Below the pieces are notes generated by a model, which worked only from the letters and a program-made list of their open reading frames with translations, was not told the origin of the DNA and ran no database searches. The translations under genes and the position numbers were made by a program. A stretch of 63,904 nt of DNA, the filler included, from Octopus bimaculoides (lineage: Eukaryota): assembly GCF_001194135.2 (NCBI RefSeq). It is 7 parts of 6 records of this genome, joined end to end, with 100 filler letters (N's around TTAATTAATTAA, not from the genome) between each part and the next. Parts side by side here need not be neighbours in the genome. Positions count along the whole stretch, not along the records: positions 9,404 to 26,826 come from NC_069004.1; positions 26,927 to 37,042 come from NC_068988.1; positions 37,143 to 39,792 come from NC_069004.1; 4 more parts are not named here. One strand, 5' to 3'. Positions 25,021-38,048 of the stretch are shown here, piece after piece. Position 1 is the first letter of the stretch. Every line of letters begins with the position of its first letter.

Positions 25021-25133
25021 CTCATTTTATGTAAAGTAAAAACAATGGATGAGGAAATCCTGGTGAAAACATTCAAATGGACATTGCAAATGTCACAGTT
25101 CCTACAGTTTTCAAAATGGACAAATTAACTCGC

Positions 25134-25194
<61 letters not shown>

Positions 25195-25557
25195 ATTACA
25201 ACAACAATTACAACAAAACACAACAGGGCACATAAGTACAACCACATTCTGACAATAAAGCAACATTAAAACATGATGCAATACATCCGAAAAATGTTAA
25301 CAAAAACAACACCACATTCACAAAACAAAACAACATCACAACAAATTCACAACACAACATGAAAGAAGGCACACCACAACGCAACAACATAAAAACTTGA
25401 CTCAACCTTAAGAACACTAACAATACAATAAAAATATGATAGCAAAGCACAGCATCACGTGGTCGAGGATTTTCCCCTTCTCTGCCTCTCCACCCAACAA
25501 CCCACCCACGATTCCATATAGTGTTCAGGAAGGGCAATGTCGCATAACTATACAAAT

Positions 25558-25866
25558 TGAAGGCACGTGGCTTAGTGGTTAGGGGTATTCGGCTCACGAT
25601 GGTAAAATCGTGAGCTCGAATCTCGGCGGCGTGTTGTATCCTAGAGCAAAACACTTTATTTCACGTTGCTCCAAAAATGAGTTGCATCTGTAATACAAAG
25701 GAGCCAGCCTCGTCACATTCTGTGTCACGCCGAATCTCTCTGAGAACTACGCTAAGAGTAGGCAAGCCCGTAGAGTGCTCAACCACTGGTGCGTTAATTA
25801 AACGAGCAGGCTGTTCCGTTGATCAGATCAACTGGAACCCTCATTGGCGTAACCGATGAAGTGCCA
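25558..25866 (+). mobile_element. SINE with a family A 3' body but a different tRNA head
   Basis: Head TGGCTTAGTGGTTAGGG..GAGCTCGAATCTC and GTGTTGTATCCTAGAGCAAAACACTT differ from the 2636 copy, while GTCACGC..GAGAACTACG..GAGCAGGCTGTTCCGTTGATC..ACTGGAACCCTC matches its 3' half. Confidence 0.75.
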
Positions 25867-26764
25867 GCTATGCAGAAGTAGTCAATGAAAAATTTCTTTT
25901 GTTTTCCGGGACAATCAAACACGTGTATACACATTGTTGTTATGTCCATCAGAGCATGTCTTATTGAAAGCCACAGCAACGTTTTATAGAGCATATCGCA
26001 CTTCCTCCCCTCTCTCACTCTCTCTTTCTCTCTCTGTCTCTTTCGCTCTCTGTCTCTTTCTCTCTCTCTCACTCTCACTATATATATATATATATCTAAT
26101 GACGTTACTCATTACAGGAACGCTACTGTACAATTTCAGTTTGGTCGGATGTTTTTCCTACGAGGTAGTGAGGACAGCAAATAATAGAAACGTGTGGTGC
26201 CATCAAGCCCTTGCCTCCGAGTGCTTGATGAGTGTCCAACAATAGACCCATACAACATCCTGATACCACAGTTTCTATTAAGAAGTTTCTATTAAGATCA
26301 TCAGGTAGGGTTAGCTATGAGAAGCCATCAAGAGCAACTTCTGCTTTCACAACACCAATGTCTACGTCTTTTTTCGATGATACTTTCTTGATATAAGACA
26401 CCTACAGATTTAGCAGGGTTTCCTTCCATTATGATCACTGAATCCTCCTGATAGCAAGCGATATATGTATGTATATACATAGCAATATATTGCTTTCACA
26501 ACAGAATAACAATATAAAACGGAACATCTCACGGGTTTGAATGTCTCATATGCATGTATTATGTATGTTTACACGCGAGCGTGTGCGCACACGCACGCAC
26601 ACGCACGCACACACACATATACATATATATACGTATATATGTATATATATATGCATATATATATACATACATACATGCATACACACAGACACACACACAT
26701 ATATAATATTACTAATTTAATAATATTACTAATAATAATAACAATAATAATAATAATAATAATA

Positions 26765-26826
<62 letters not shown>

Positions 26827-26985
26827 NNNNNNNNNNNNNNNNNNNNNNNNNNNNNNNNNNNNNNNNNNNNTTAATTAATTAANNNNNNNNNNNNNNNNNN
26901 NNNNNNNNNNNNNNNNNNNNNNNNNNCATATATATATATATATCTACATGTATAATAGATACATACATACACACATACATACATT

Positions 26986-27020
<35 letters not shown>

Positions 27021-27025
27021 AAGAA

Positions 27026-27172
27026 TGGCTGTGTAGTAACTAGCGTGTTTACCAACCACACAGTTCCGAGTTCAGTCCCACTGCGTGGCACCTTGGGCAA
27101 GTGTCTTCTACTTTAGTCTCGGGACTTGTGAGTGGATTCGGTAGACGGAAACTGAAAGAAGCCCGCCGTATA
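27026..27172 (+). mobile_element. Family C SINE 5' half
   Basis: GGCTGTGTAGTAA..GTTCAGTCCCACTGCGTGGCACCTTGGGCAAGTGTCTTCTAC..GGTAGACGGAAACTGAAAGAAGCCCG. Confidence 0.85.
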
Positions 27173-27186
27173 TCTTTATGTATACA

Positions 27187-27253
<67 letters not shown>

Positions 27254-27497
27254 ATATATATATATGCACACATATATATATATATATGTATATATATTTA
27301 TAAATATATATATATATACATATACACACACACATATATGTGAGTGTGTATATATATATATATACATACACACATACACACACACACGCACACATATAAA
27401 TAACCTACATCTTTCTATCCATCCATCTTTTTATTCTTGCATCTTTCCCTCACAGCCTCCCCCATCTCTCTCACTTTCCCTCTCGTCTGAAACATTC

Positions 27498-27537
<40 letters not shown>

Positions 27538-27579
27538 CTCTCTTTTCCTCTACCCACCACCACTATCCCCACCCTGCAT

Positions 27580-28088
27580 CCTCGCACCGATGCCGTTACC
27601 CGCGCCCCCACCCCACCCCCACCCTCGAAAAACCAGAATCTTCTTTTGCTAAAAGAAGCGATGGAATTGTTGTGGAGCAACAAAGTAGTCTGTAGCTGCT
27701 GCAACATGTACAACTCAACAGAAACAAGAACAACAACAACCACAACAACAGCACCCTCATCACGATCACCATCATCATTAGCATCGTCAACAACAACAAC
27801 AACAACAACAACAACAGTAACTACAACATCATCTCCGAGAACATTATGCGGCCAGAAAACAATAATAGAATTATGATGTTTGAAAGCTTACGGCGTTACA
27901 CTTGATGCGAGAATACATTTTACGAAACTACCATTGTCACAGCCGCTGTTGCGTGTTGCTTGTTGTTTTGTTGTTCTGTTTGCTTTGTGTTTGTGTAGTC
28001 TGTTTGTTTGTTTGTTTGTTTGTTTGTTTTGGTGTAATTAAGAAGAGAAGGAAAGGATTGCTTTTAATGAAATATGTGCTGTTTACAG
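27580..28088 (+). other. Candidate promoter / non-coding first exon ending at a strong splice donor
   Basis: CpG/GC-rich patch at 27580-27630, (CAA)n and (TTTG)n runs, and CAG|GTAGGT at 28088/28089. The 5' boundary is unknown. Confidence 0.3.
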
Positions 28089-28212
28089 GTAGGTGGAGAT
28101 TTTCATGAGAAATTCTGCATTTTGTCTGGTCTGCATTTTTTTGTTCTTTTTTTTTTTTTTCGTAAACTTATCAACCGGCTAAAACACCCGTCCATCCAAC
28201 TACATACATACA

Positions 28213-28247
<35 letters not shown>

Positions 28248-29088
28248 NNNNNNNNNNNNNNNNNNNNNNNNNNNNNNNNNNNNNNNNNNNNNNNNNNNNN
28301 NNNNNNNNNNNNNNNNNNNNNNNNNNNNNNNNNNNNNNNNNNNNNNNNNNNNNNNNNNNNNNNNNNNNNNNNNNNNNNNNNNNNNNNNNNNNNNNNNNNN
28401 NNNNNNNNNNNNNNNNNNNNNNNNNNNNNNNNNNNNNNNNNNNNNNNNNNNNNNNNNNNNNNNNNNNNNNNNNNNNNNNNNNNNNNNNNNNNNNNNNNNN
28501 NNNNNNNNNNNNNNNNNNNNNNNNNNNNNNNNNNNNNNNNNNNNNNNNNNNNNNNNNNNNNNNNNNNNNNNNNNNNNNNNNNNNNNNNNNNNNNNNNNNN
28601 NNNNNNNNNNNNNNNNNNNNNNNNNNNNNNNNNNNNNNNNNNNNNNNNNNNNNNNNNNNNNNNNNNNNNNNNNNNNNNNNNNNNNNNNNNNNNNNNNNNN
28701 NNNNNNNNNNNNNNNNNNNNNNNNNNNNNNNNNNNNNNNNNNNNNNNNNNNNNNNNNNNNNNNNNNNNNNNNNNNNNNNNNNNNNNNNNNNNNNNNNNNN
28801 NNNNNNNNNNNNNNNNNNNNNNNNNNNNNNNNNNNNNNNNNNNNNNNNNNNNNNNNNNNNNNNNNNNNNNNNNNNNNNNNNNNNNNNNNNNNNNNNNNNN
28901 NNNNNNNNNNNNNNNNNNNNNNNNNNNNNNNNNNNNNNNNNNNNNNNNNNNNNNNNNNNNNNNNNNNNNNNNNNNNNNNNNNNNNNNNNNNNNNNNNNNN
29001 NNNNNNNNNNNNNNNNNNNNNNNNNNNNNNNNNNNNNNNNNNNNNNNNNNNNNNNNNNNNNNNNNNNNNNNNNNNNNNNNNNNNNNNN

Positions 29089-29125
<37 letters not shown>

Positions 29126-29830
29126 ATAAAGATAAATAGATAGATAGATAAATAGATAGATAGATAGATAGAATTGTATATAGTTACGAAGGGTTACATT
29201 TGTAGGAAAATGGAGGAACACGAGACAGTGATAAGTTCGTGCCTCTTTTTCAAGGGCATTACCAACATTAAGTGAATCTTTACTACTAGCAATCAAAAGT
29301 CGGCTGCAGGCTGTGTTTACCATGTTACAACTACACTACACTTACATGCGATTAAATATAGATATCATTTGAAGAAGTACTACAAAATACTTTCAGAGAA
29401 CGGTAAATTAGTGGCGGTTAAATCGTTGTTGCTCTTTAGACTTTCAAACTCATCGCTCGCTCGTTTTTAGAAAAATGTTAGATGAATATTTGATCAACAA
29501 ACCAGATGTGCATTCCGAATTATTTTAACAACCTATGTACAACATCGGAACTGGTTTATGAAGCTTGCCCAAACTTCAAAAGCGATTTAACATTAAATGA
29601 AGGGTGACTGAATGAAGTCCGACGGGGGCCATTTGGTCGAACTTCCAAATCGCTGTTATCCCTGCTTTTGTGTAATTATGATGATGATGATGATGATGAT
29701 AATAATAATAATAATAATAATGATACATACATGCATGCATATGTATGTACACACACACACAAGCACACACACACATATACATACATACATATATATATGT
29801 ATGTATGTATACACACACACATACATATAT

Positions 29831-30317
29831 GTGGCTGTGCGGTAAGTAGCTTGCTTATCAACCACATGGTTCAGGGTTCAGTCCCACTGCGTGGCACCTT
29901 GGGCAAGTGTCTTCTACTATTACCTCGGGCCGACCAAACCCTTGTGAATGGATTTGGTAGATGGAAACTTAAAGAAGCCGTCGTATATATATATATATAT
30001 ATATATATAGGTTCAAAAAATGACAAAAAACAATAACAAAAAAACAACAACGTGAGGACGTGATACGGATAGTGTTATTAGACGCTCGGGAAAGGAAAGA
30101 GGTGTTTATGTTTGTGTGTCTGTGTTTGCCTCCCCACCAATCACTTGACAGCTGATGCTGGTGTGTTTACGTCCCCGTAACTTAGCGGTTCGGTAAAAAA
30201 GACTGATAAAATAAGTACTAGACTTAATTAAATAAATCCTTGGGTCAATTTACTCGACTAAAAGTAGTGCTCCAGCATGGCCACAGTGAAATAACTGAAA
30301 CAAGTAAAAGAATAAAA

Positions 30318-30320
<3 letters not shown>
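29831..30320 (+). mobile_element. Full bipartite family C SINE with internal (TA)n and A-rich insert
   Basis: tRNA-like head with GGTTCAGTCCC, CCTTGGGCAAGTG core, internal (TA)n, 3' half CTTAGCGGTTCGG..AATAAGTAC..CCAGCATGGCCACAG and A-rich tail. Confidence 0.85.
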
Positions 30321-30360
<40 letters not shown>

Positions 30361-31572
30361 AAGCAAACTTACCCAGTTAAGGTTAGGGTTAGTCTCGCAA
30401 ACAATATCCTTGACCTAGGTCCAGTCCTCTTTGATACGGACATAGTTAATGATAAGCATGAATTCATGTCTCCGAAGATGGAAGTTCGATCCCTTCACAT
30501 AACTATTTCGACCAAAAGCCGATACATTATCAATCATACGATCTTCGGTTTGGTGCATATGAAGTGATATAAAGTTTCCACTGTTGTTAAGTAAGGATAT
30601 CAGTCGAGATATGACAGAGATAGCCCGTTTCTCATTTCGTGCTGCAGTAAACCTTCTTTCGAAGCTTATAAGCAAAACATTGACACAACTAATGTTGTCT
30701 TTATTGCACAGTGTGCAGGGCCCAGGGGAATATTTAAAACATTCATATACCCACATGCATATATGTTCATAGACAAACATACATTATTATACACATAGAG
30801 ACACAGACACAAGTACACCCATNNNNNNNNNNNNNNNNNNNNNNNNNNNNNNNNNNNNNNNNNNNNNNNNNNNNNNNNNNNNNNNNNNNNNNNNNNNNNN
30901 NNNNNNNNNNNNNNNNNNNNNNNNNNNNNNNNNNNNNNNNNNNNNNNNNNNNNNNNNNNNNNNNNNNNNNNNNNNNNNNNNNNNNNNNNNNNNNNNNNNN
31001 NNNNNNNNNNNNNNNNNNNNNNNNNNNNNNNNNNNNNNNNNNNNNNNNNNNNNNNNNNNNNNNNNNNNNNNNNNNNNNNNNNNNNNNNNNNNNNNNNNNN
31101 NNNNNNNNNNNNNNNNNNNNNNNNNNNNNNNNNNNNNNNNNNNNNNNNNNNNNNNNNNNNNNNNNNNNNNNNNNNNNNNNNNNNNNNNNNNNNNNNNNNN
31201 NNNNNNNNNNNNNNNNNNNNNNNNNNNNNNNNNNNNNNNNNNNNNNNNNNNNNNNNNNNNNNNNNNNNNNNNNNNNNNNNNNNNNNNNNNNNNNNNNNNN
31301 NNNNNNNNNNNNNNNNNNCATACATACATACACTCAAACACACATCACACACATACACACACATACACACACATACACACTCTCACACACACTCACAGAC
31401 AGATGCATTTTGAAAGATGTATTCAAAATTACTGCACACACAGACTGTTCTCGTTCCAGGTACACACATGTTCATAGACTAACGTTCATTACTACGCATA
31501 TACAAACATCACCCCTCCCCCTACATATACAGATTCAGAGGCACAAATCCATAGACAAACATTCACTGCTAA

Positions 31573-31603
<31 letters not shown>

Positions 31604-31983
31604 CGCACACGTGTAATGCCTAGATTACTTATATCTAGACTAAATGCAATCTAACGAATGGATTAGTAAAATATCGAAGAATTTTGTCTTTACCGTTGAT
31701 CACTGGGAGGTCATTGAAGATTTATAGCCGTCCATGCATGGATTCCATGTCTGCTGGGTCAGAACTAACCGCTTCCGTGTCAAAGAAAGTTTTACATAAC
31801 GATGTCCTTAATTCTCCAAATTACTCTGGCTACAGCTGGAAACGGCAGCGATGTGGATAACTTGTTAGGTGACATGAATCGACTAGGAATCGATCTTATG
31901 GCTCAGAGTTGACTCACCGGAAGAATAACCATTATACTTTCCTCACTGTACTTATTAATCTCTTAATGGTAAACATTACGTCG

Positions 31984-32201
31984 GTTTCAAATTTTGGCAC
32001 AAAGCGAGGAATTTCGGCGGAGCGGGGCTGGAAGGAGTCAATTACATCGACCCCGGTGTTCAGCTGTTACTTATTTTATCGACCCTGAAAGGATGAAAGG
32101 CAAAGTCAACTTCGGTGGAATTTGATCTCAGAACGGACAGACGGACCAAATGTCACTAAGCATTTTGTCCGGTGTGCTAACGATTCTGGGTTCTCGCCAC
32201 C
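31984..32201 (-). mobile_element. Family B SINE
   Basis: Reverse complement of the family B head and core (TTATTTTATCGACCCTGAAAGGATGAAAGGCAAAGTCAAC). Confidence 0.8.
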
Positions 32202-32509
32202 TTAATGGTAAGTATGATGTTATGTCTCAGAGTGCACATAATATTCAAGGCCATCTTGGGAATTTAGCTTCTGCACCACCTTGGAGTTCAATAATATCTA
32301 CCGAAATCATTTTGTTAGGCTCCGTTGCACTCAAAACAATCTTGTGTCAATGGACATAGAAAGTATAGGCCAAACAGTGGTCAACAAGCCGTCAGTAACG
32401 TAGTTGTTGTAGTTCTGTCTCGAACCCTAGAATCCATCAAGTCAGCTGCCCGGTTCCAATGGTGTAGAAGTGACCAAAGTCACAACAATCCCTTTGAACG
32501 AGACACCAG

Positions 32510-32650
32510 TTAGTCACAGGGGAATTCATTTTCAGCTAAGTGGAAGAGTCCCATTGTGAAATGAAGTATTTTGCTTAAGAACCACAACGCATCGTCCGGT
32601 CTGGGAGTCGAGAACACGATAGGACGATCGGGACTACAACACCCCGTTGC
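32510..32650 (-). mobile_element. Degraded tRNA-headed SINE fragment
   Basis: CACAACGCATCGTCCGGTCTGGGAGTCGA resembles the reverse complement of the family A head. Confidence 0.4.
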
Positions 32651-33029
32651 ACTTTTACGGGTCAACAATGTGCTTCGACATGTTTTGAACTAGATCTTTA
32701 CTTGCCTTACGACGAAGGCGCTATAAATACGCATTAATCAGAGAAACTTAATATATATTGTATGAAGTAATTAATCTATATTATAGAGTAATTAAGAAAA
32801 CAAAACTAATTAGAAATATCATTAGTCGAATATTTACACCGTCCTGATCGGCTGACTTATCGCTTAAGTGTTATGATTTCAAGTTTAAGTGTGGTCTTGA
32901 AACATTTGGGAGTTCTACGGGTTTCGATTTCACTCATTTAGCGATTTATTTGAATGGTTGAAGTCTTGGACTTGTTGCTCATAGATCACGAGTTCGAAAT
33001 CTGCAGCAGACGTTTTGCTGAGCTTCTGA

Positions 33030-33185
33030 ATGGAACATGGTGCATTGACAAGATTAATGATAAGAAGAGACATCAGATCAGTAAGGAGAGTTCGCACTGG
33101 AATTAAAGACAACCATTTTTTTCTTCTGTCAGTCTTGTTATTGATCTGGAATCTGATGTGGTTGCAGTTTACGTGTAATGGGTTG
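33030..33185 (+). CDS. Candidate first coding exon of a secreted or membrane protein (signal-peptide-like)
   Basis: Acceptor-like TTGTTGCTCATAG| ending at 32984; in-frame TGA directly before the ATG at 33030; 52 codons MEHGALTRLMIRRDIRSVRRVRTGIKDNHFFLLSVLLLIWNLMWLQFTCNGL; phase-0 donor |GTGAGT at 33186. No downstream exon identified. Confidence 0.45.
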
Positions 33186-33333
33186 GTGAGTACAACTGCT
33201 CTGTTCTATGTTGGCGTTCATACATACGATTTGGCGTCTACGTTAAAATCGTCTGCAAGCAATGGCTTTTCTTCCTCTTCACTTCACACACATACTTCAA
33301 CACAGGCACACACAGATGCACACACTCACACAT

Positions 33334-33400
<67 letters not shown>

Positions 33401-33748
33401 NNNNNNNNNNNNNNNNNNNNNNNNNNNNNNNNNNNNNNNNNNNNNNNNNNNNNNNNNNNNNNNNNNNNNNNNNNNNNNNNNNNNNNNNNNNNNNNNNNNN
33501 NNNNNNNNNNNNNNNNNNNNNNNNNNNNNNNNNNNNNNNNNNNNNNNNNNNNNNNNNNNNNNNNNNNNNNNNNNNNNNNNNNNNNNNNNNNNNNNNNNNN
33601 NNNNNNNNNNNNNNNNNNNNNNNNNNNNNNNNNNNNNNNNNNNNNNNNNNNNNNNNNNNNNNNNNNNNNNNNNNNNNNNNNNNNNNNNNNNNNNNNNNNN
33701 NNNNNNNNNNNNNNNNNNNNNNNNNNNNNNNNNNNNNNNNNNNNNNNN

Positions 33749-33788
<40 letters not shown>

Positions 33789-34934
33789 GTATATATGTAT
33801 ATGTACATATATATGTGCGTCTATACATATTATGTATATTATGTGTATGTATATTATGTGTCTGTGCGTATACGGCGTTAATAATCCTTACAAGTTGTAG
33901 TATAGAAAAAAATAAATGAAGTTGAAAATGCATGGAGAGGATACAAGAAGAATTACACGAATGAAAATCAGTATAATTAACCGGTTTCACATTTGTTTTG
34001 ATGAACGTGGTGCTGTGTTGCAATGTTTCTAAAAATCCGTTTGTTCTTATAAAGAGACTGTAGCTCAGATCGATGTCAGTTAACGTACAAAGTGATTGGT
34101 TGATGATTGTCAAGATTGTCAAGATGGGGGAAAGAAATTTTTGGTCACGTCCGTATATTAAGGTCATGTGAGAGTCGCCTCTGAAGGTCACGTCGAAAGT
34201 TTAGTCCAGTATCTACGTCATACGACAGTCAGAACAATAGTTATATATCTTTCTCTCCAGAGTTTAACAATGTTTCCATACAGTATGCTTTCTGTCTTTT
34301 CAATGTGATTCTACATATATACATGCACACATACACACACACACATAAAACATACATACATACATACATACATACATACATACATACATACATACATAAC
34401 TACGTATATAAATAAAACAGGTTTGGCGATGCAAACAGGAAAAATAGATCTCAAAATATGAGTATTTATATTTATACTCTCAAGTGCTAACTCCCGAAAC
34501 TCTCAAGGGTCGTGAGTTTNNNNNNNNNNNNNNNNNNNNNNNNNNNNNNNNNNNNNNNNNNNNNNNNNNNNNNNNNNNNNNNNNNNNNNNNNNNNNNNNN
34601 NNNNNNNNNNNNNNNNNNNNNNNNNNNNNNNNNNNNNNNNNNNNNNNNNNNNNNNNNNNNNNNNNNNNNNNNNNNNNNNNNNNNNNNNNNNNNNNNNNNN
34701 NNNNNNNNNNNNNNNNNNNNNNNNNNNNNNNNNNNNNNNNNNNNNNNNNNNNNNNNNNNNNNNNNNNNNNNNNNNNNNNNNNNNNNNNNNNNNNNNNNNN
34801 NNNNNNNNNNNNNNNNNNNNNNNNNNNNNNNNNNNNNNNNNNNNNNNNNNNNNNNNNNNNNNNNNNNNNNNNNNNNNNNNNNNNNNNNTATATATATGTC
34901 TACACACACACACACGCATAATTATATTCCCTTC

Positions 34935-35291
34935 TAATCTAGGTACAAGGCCCGAACTTTTGGAGGAGGGTGCCAGTCGATTAGATCGACTCCAGTACGT
35001 AAATGGTACTTAATTTATCGACTCCGAAAGGATGAAAGGCAAAGTCTTGCTAACGTTTCTTATTTCTTTATTGCCCACAGGGGACTAAACATAGAGGGGA
35101 CAAACAAGGACATACAAAGGGATTAAGTCGATTAAATCGACCCCAGTGCGTAACTGGTACTTAATTTATCGACCCCGAAATGATGAAAGGCGAAGTCGAC
35201 CTCGGCGGAATTTGAACTCAGAACGTAACGGCAGACGAAATACAGCTAAGCATTTCGCCCTGCGCGCTAACGTTTCTGGCAGCTCGCCGCC
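34935..35291 (-). mobile_element. Two tandem family B SINEs (partial 34935-35046, full 35050-35291)
   Basis: Both carry TGGTACTTAATTTATCGAC..GAAAGG; the second has the intact head (rc GGCGAGCTGCCAGAAACGTTAGC). Confidence 0.9.
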
Positions 35292-35690
35292 TTCACACAT
35301 AATTATATTGAAAACACGACTATGTTCTAATTTAATCTTTTCTTTATTATAGTATTTTCGTATCTTTTTATTAAAGTCTTCTCCGTGCATACACGCCGTT
35401 TTTGAATCCTATTATTGTTTTCTATCCATAGTCAATCGCCGGTTCAGTGAAGAATCCTATAAAGAATGGAAGCATTTTAAAATATGAAACCAATGCAAGC
35501 CGATACTAGTCTATGGCTCGTGCTTTTAGCCTGGATTTCATTCATGCTTGGGACCTCTTGTCTTTTCTGAACTGTGTGTATATATGCACTACCGACAGAA
35601 AAGTCACCTCACAAGCATTTCTTGAAAGATTTCCTGAAGAAGGGGCCCTGACCCCGAAATACGGAAATACAAGTTAAAAGATTGACTGTG

Positions 35691-35803
35691 CTTTTCATCC
35701 TTTCAGGGTCAATAAATTAAGTACCAGTTACGTACTGGGGTCGATCTAATCGACTGGCCCCCTCCCCACCAAATTTCGCGCCTTGTGTCTAGAGTAGACA
35801 AGA
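35691..35803 (+). mobile_element. Family B SINE 3' fragment
   Basis: TTTCATCCTTTCAGGGTCAATAAATTAAGTACCAGTTACGTACTGGGGTCGATCTAATCGAC. Confidence 0.85.
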
Positions 35804-36473
35804 TATGATGGCCATACTGTAAAATTAAGATGCTAGCTTTTAAACCATCTGCTCCCTGGTTCGATTCCACGACTAGCCACATCGAACACGGACATATTTT
35901 ATAAAACATTCGTAAAGAAATTGATATTCAACTGAAAATATTTACGTAACAATGTTGTTTCACATTAAAGGCATTATGACCACGTAGTTAAGATGTGCTA
36001 AAATGTTTACTGTTAAACCACATGGTTCCTGGTTCGATTTCACAGTTTGGCAGCATTGAACATGTATTAATTTTATCAACTTGGCAGAGAGAAAAAGTCA
36101 TGTCGACATCGTATCCAGCATGTTGAGGCATGTAACAAGATACAACACAGCATTTACTTACTGCACCGTCTCGTTCACCTCCTTCGCCCTCGTGTAGCAG
36201 CTATCTATGACAATCCCCGTGCGCACTCATACAAATATATGTGTGTGTGTGTGTGTACGTGTGTATCATACATGTCATGAGAGGCACACATGTATACATT
36301 GGGGAGGAGAGAACGGTGCAGAAAGATAAGACAGAAAGTAAAGAAGCGAAAAAATGATACGGGCTTCAGTGACGCAATATATATTGCGCACGTCTGTATG
36401 TCTGTGCTGGCGAGAGGATCCTTAAGAACATAATAATTACTAATTAATAAACAACGTTATACCATTGAATACA

Positions 36474-36509
<36 letters not shown>

Positions 36510-37261
36510 TATGTATGTATGTACGTATACATATATAATATGCATGTGTATATATGTGTGTAGATGGAGTGAAAGAGCGAGATATGAATTTGTTCTTTTG
36601 GTCTTTTGTTTTCTTTTAAAAAAATATTTCTTTGTTTACAATGCTTTCCTGTTATGTCTGCAGGAATCATGGTTTTGTATGTTATTCCCTCTTGAGAGGG
36701 TCTGTTGAAATACAGCATGTGTATATGTACGTATGTATGTGTTTATATATATATATATGTATTCATACATATATGTATGTATGTGTGAGTGTGTATTTAT
36801 ATATATATGTATGTATGTGTGTGTGTGTGTATTTAGATAGATAGATAGGTAGAAACACAGATAGATTGGTAGATAGATAGATAGATAGATAGACAGAAAT
36901 ATAGATAGAAAATACAGATAAAGACGTAGATAAATAGATAGATAGATAGATAGATAAACAGAGGTGGTGTTATTATTATCACTACTAATCAGACGTGAAT
37001 ATTGCAGACGTATTAACTCCAGTTTGAAGATTATCAGTTGGANNNNNNNNNNNNNNNNNNNNNNNNNNNNNNNNNNNNNNNNNNNNTTAATTAATTAANN
37101 NNNNNNNNNNNNNNNNNNNNNNNNNNNNNNNNNNNNNNNNNNTACATACATGCATACATACATGCATACATACATGCATGCATACATACATGCATACATA
37201 CATACGTACATACATACCTACATATATACATACATACGTACATATACAGATTGATAGATAT

Positions 37262-37297
<36 letters not shown>

Positions 37298-37369
37298 CCA
37301 GATAGATATCTAGATGGATATATAGATAAATATACAGACAGACAGATAGGTAGATAAATTGATAGATAA

Positions 37370-37439
<70 letters not shown>

Positions 37440-37444
37440 GGATG

Positions 37445-37476
<32 letters not shown>

Positions 37477-37477
37477 C
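37370..37477. repeat. (GATA)n microsatellite
   Basis: Direct reading. Confidence 0.95.
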
Positions 37478-38005
37478 AAGGATTGATAAATGGATGGAAA
37501 ATTCGATGGTTGGATGGTCAGATAGACAGATTCATAGAAAATTAAATAGATGGGCAGAGAGAGAAAGGGAGAGAGAGAGGTGGGGTAGACAGACCGATAA
37601 TTAAACAAACAGACAGACATTAGACAGACATAAGTATATAGATAAAGCCCGGCGAGTTTATTGTAAAGCTAGTTTTTATTTGAAGAACATAGTGGCAGAA
37701 TGTGGAAACAATGGTCAATTACAGATACCGTGTTTTAATACGTGTATATTTCTGGTGTTCCAACATGAAAGATGCTCCCAGTTCGCACCGCGGTTGTATG
37801 ATATATTGTGCGCATCTTTAAAATTCAAACAAACAGAAAAATATTTGGAAGGACATTAACAGGAGTCTTTGAGGAGTTAAAATTACCATATTAAGCTTAC
37901 CCAGGGTTGTATTTTGGTATTCGCAGAGTCAGAGAGAAAGTGATGAGGAAGAACAAACAGGCGTCAACTCAAATCGGTTTGAATAATCATTCTTGCAAAT
38001 ATTTT

Positions 38006-38048
<43 letters not shown>

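Noticed and set aside
29170-29620. Possible LINE C-terminal remnant (KMLDEYLINKPDV); a similar weak hint at 49500-49620
   Set aside because: One short weak motif each; insufficient.
31635-31820. 62-codon minus frame with one internal stop (..FFDTEAVSSDPADMESMHGRL*IFNDLPVINGKDKILRYF..) near donor-like sites
   Set aside because: Every acceptor and donor combination I tried contains an in-frame stop; the length is within chance.
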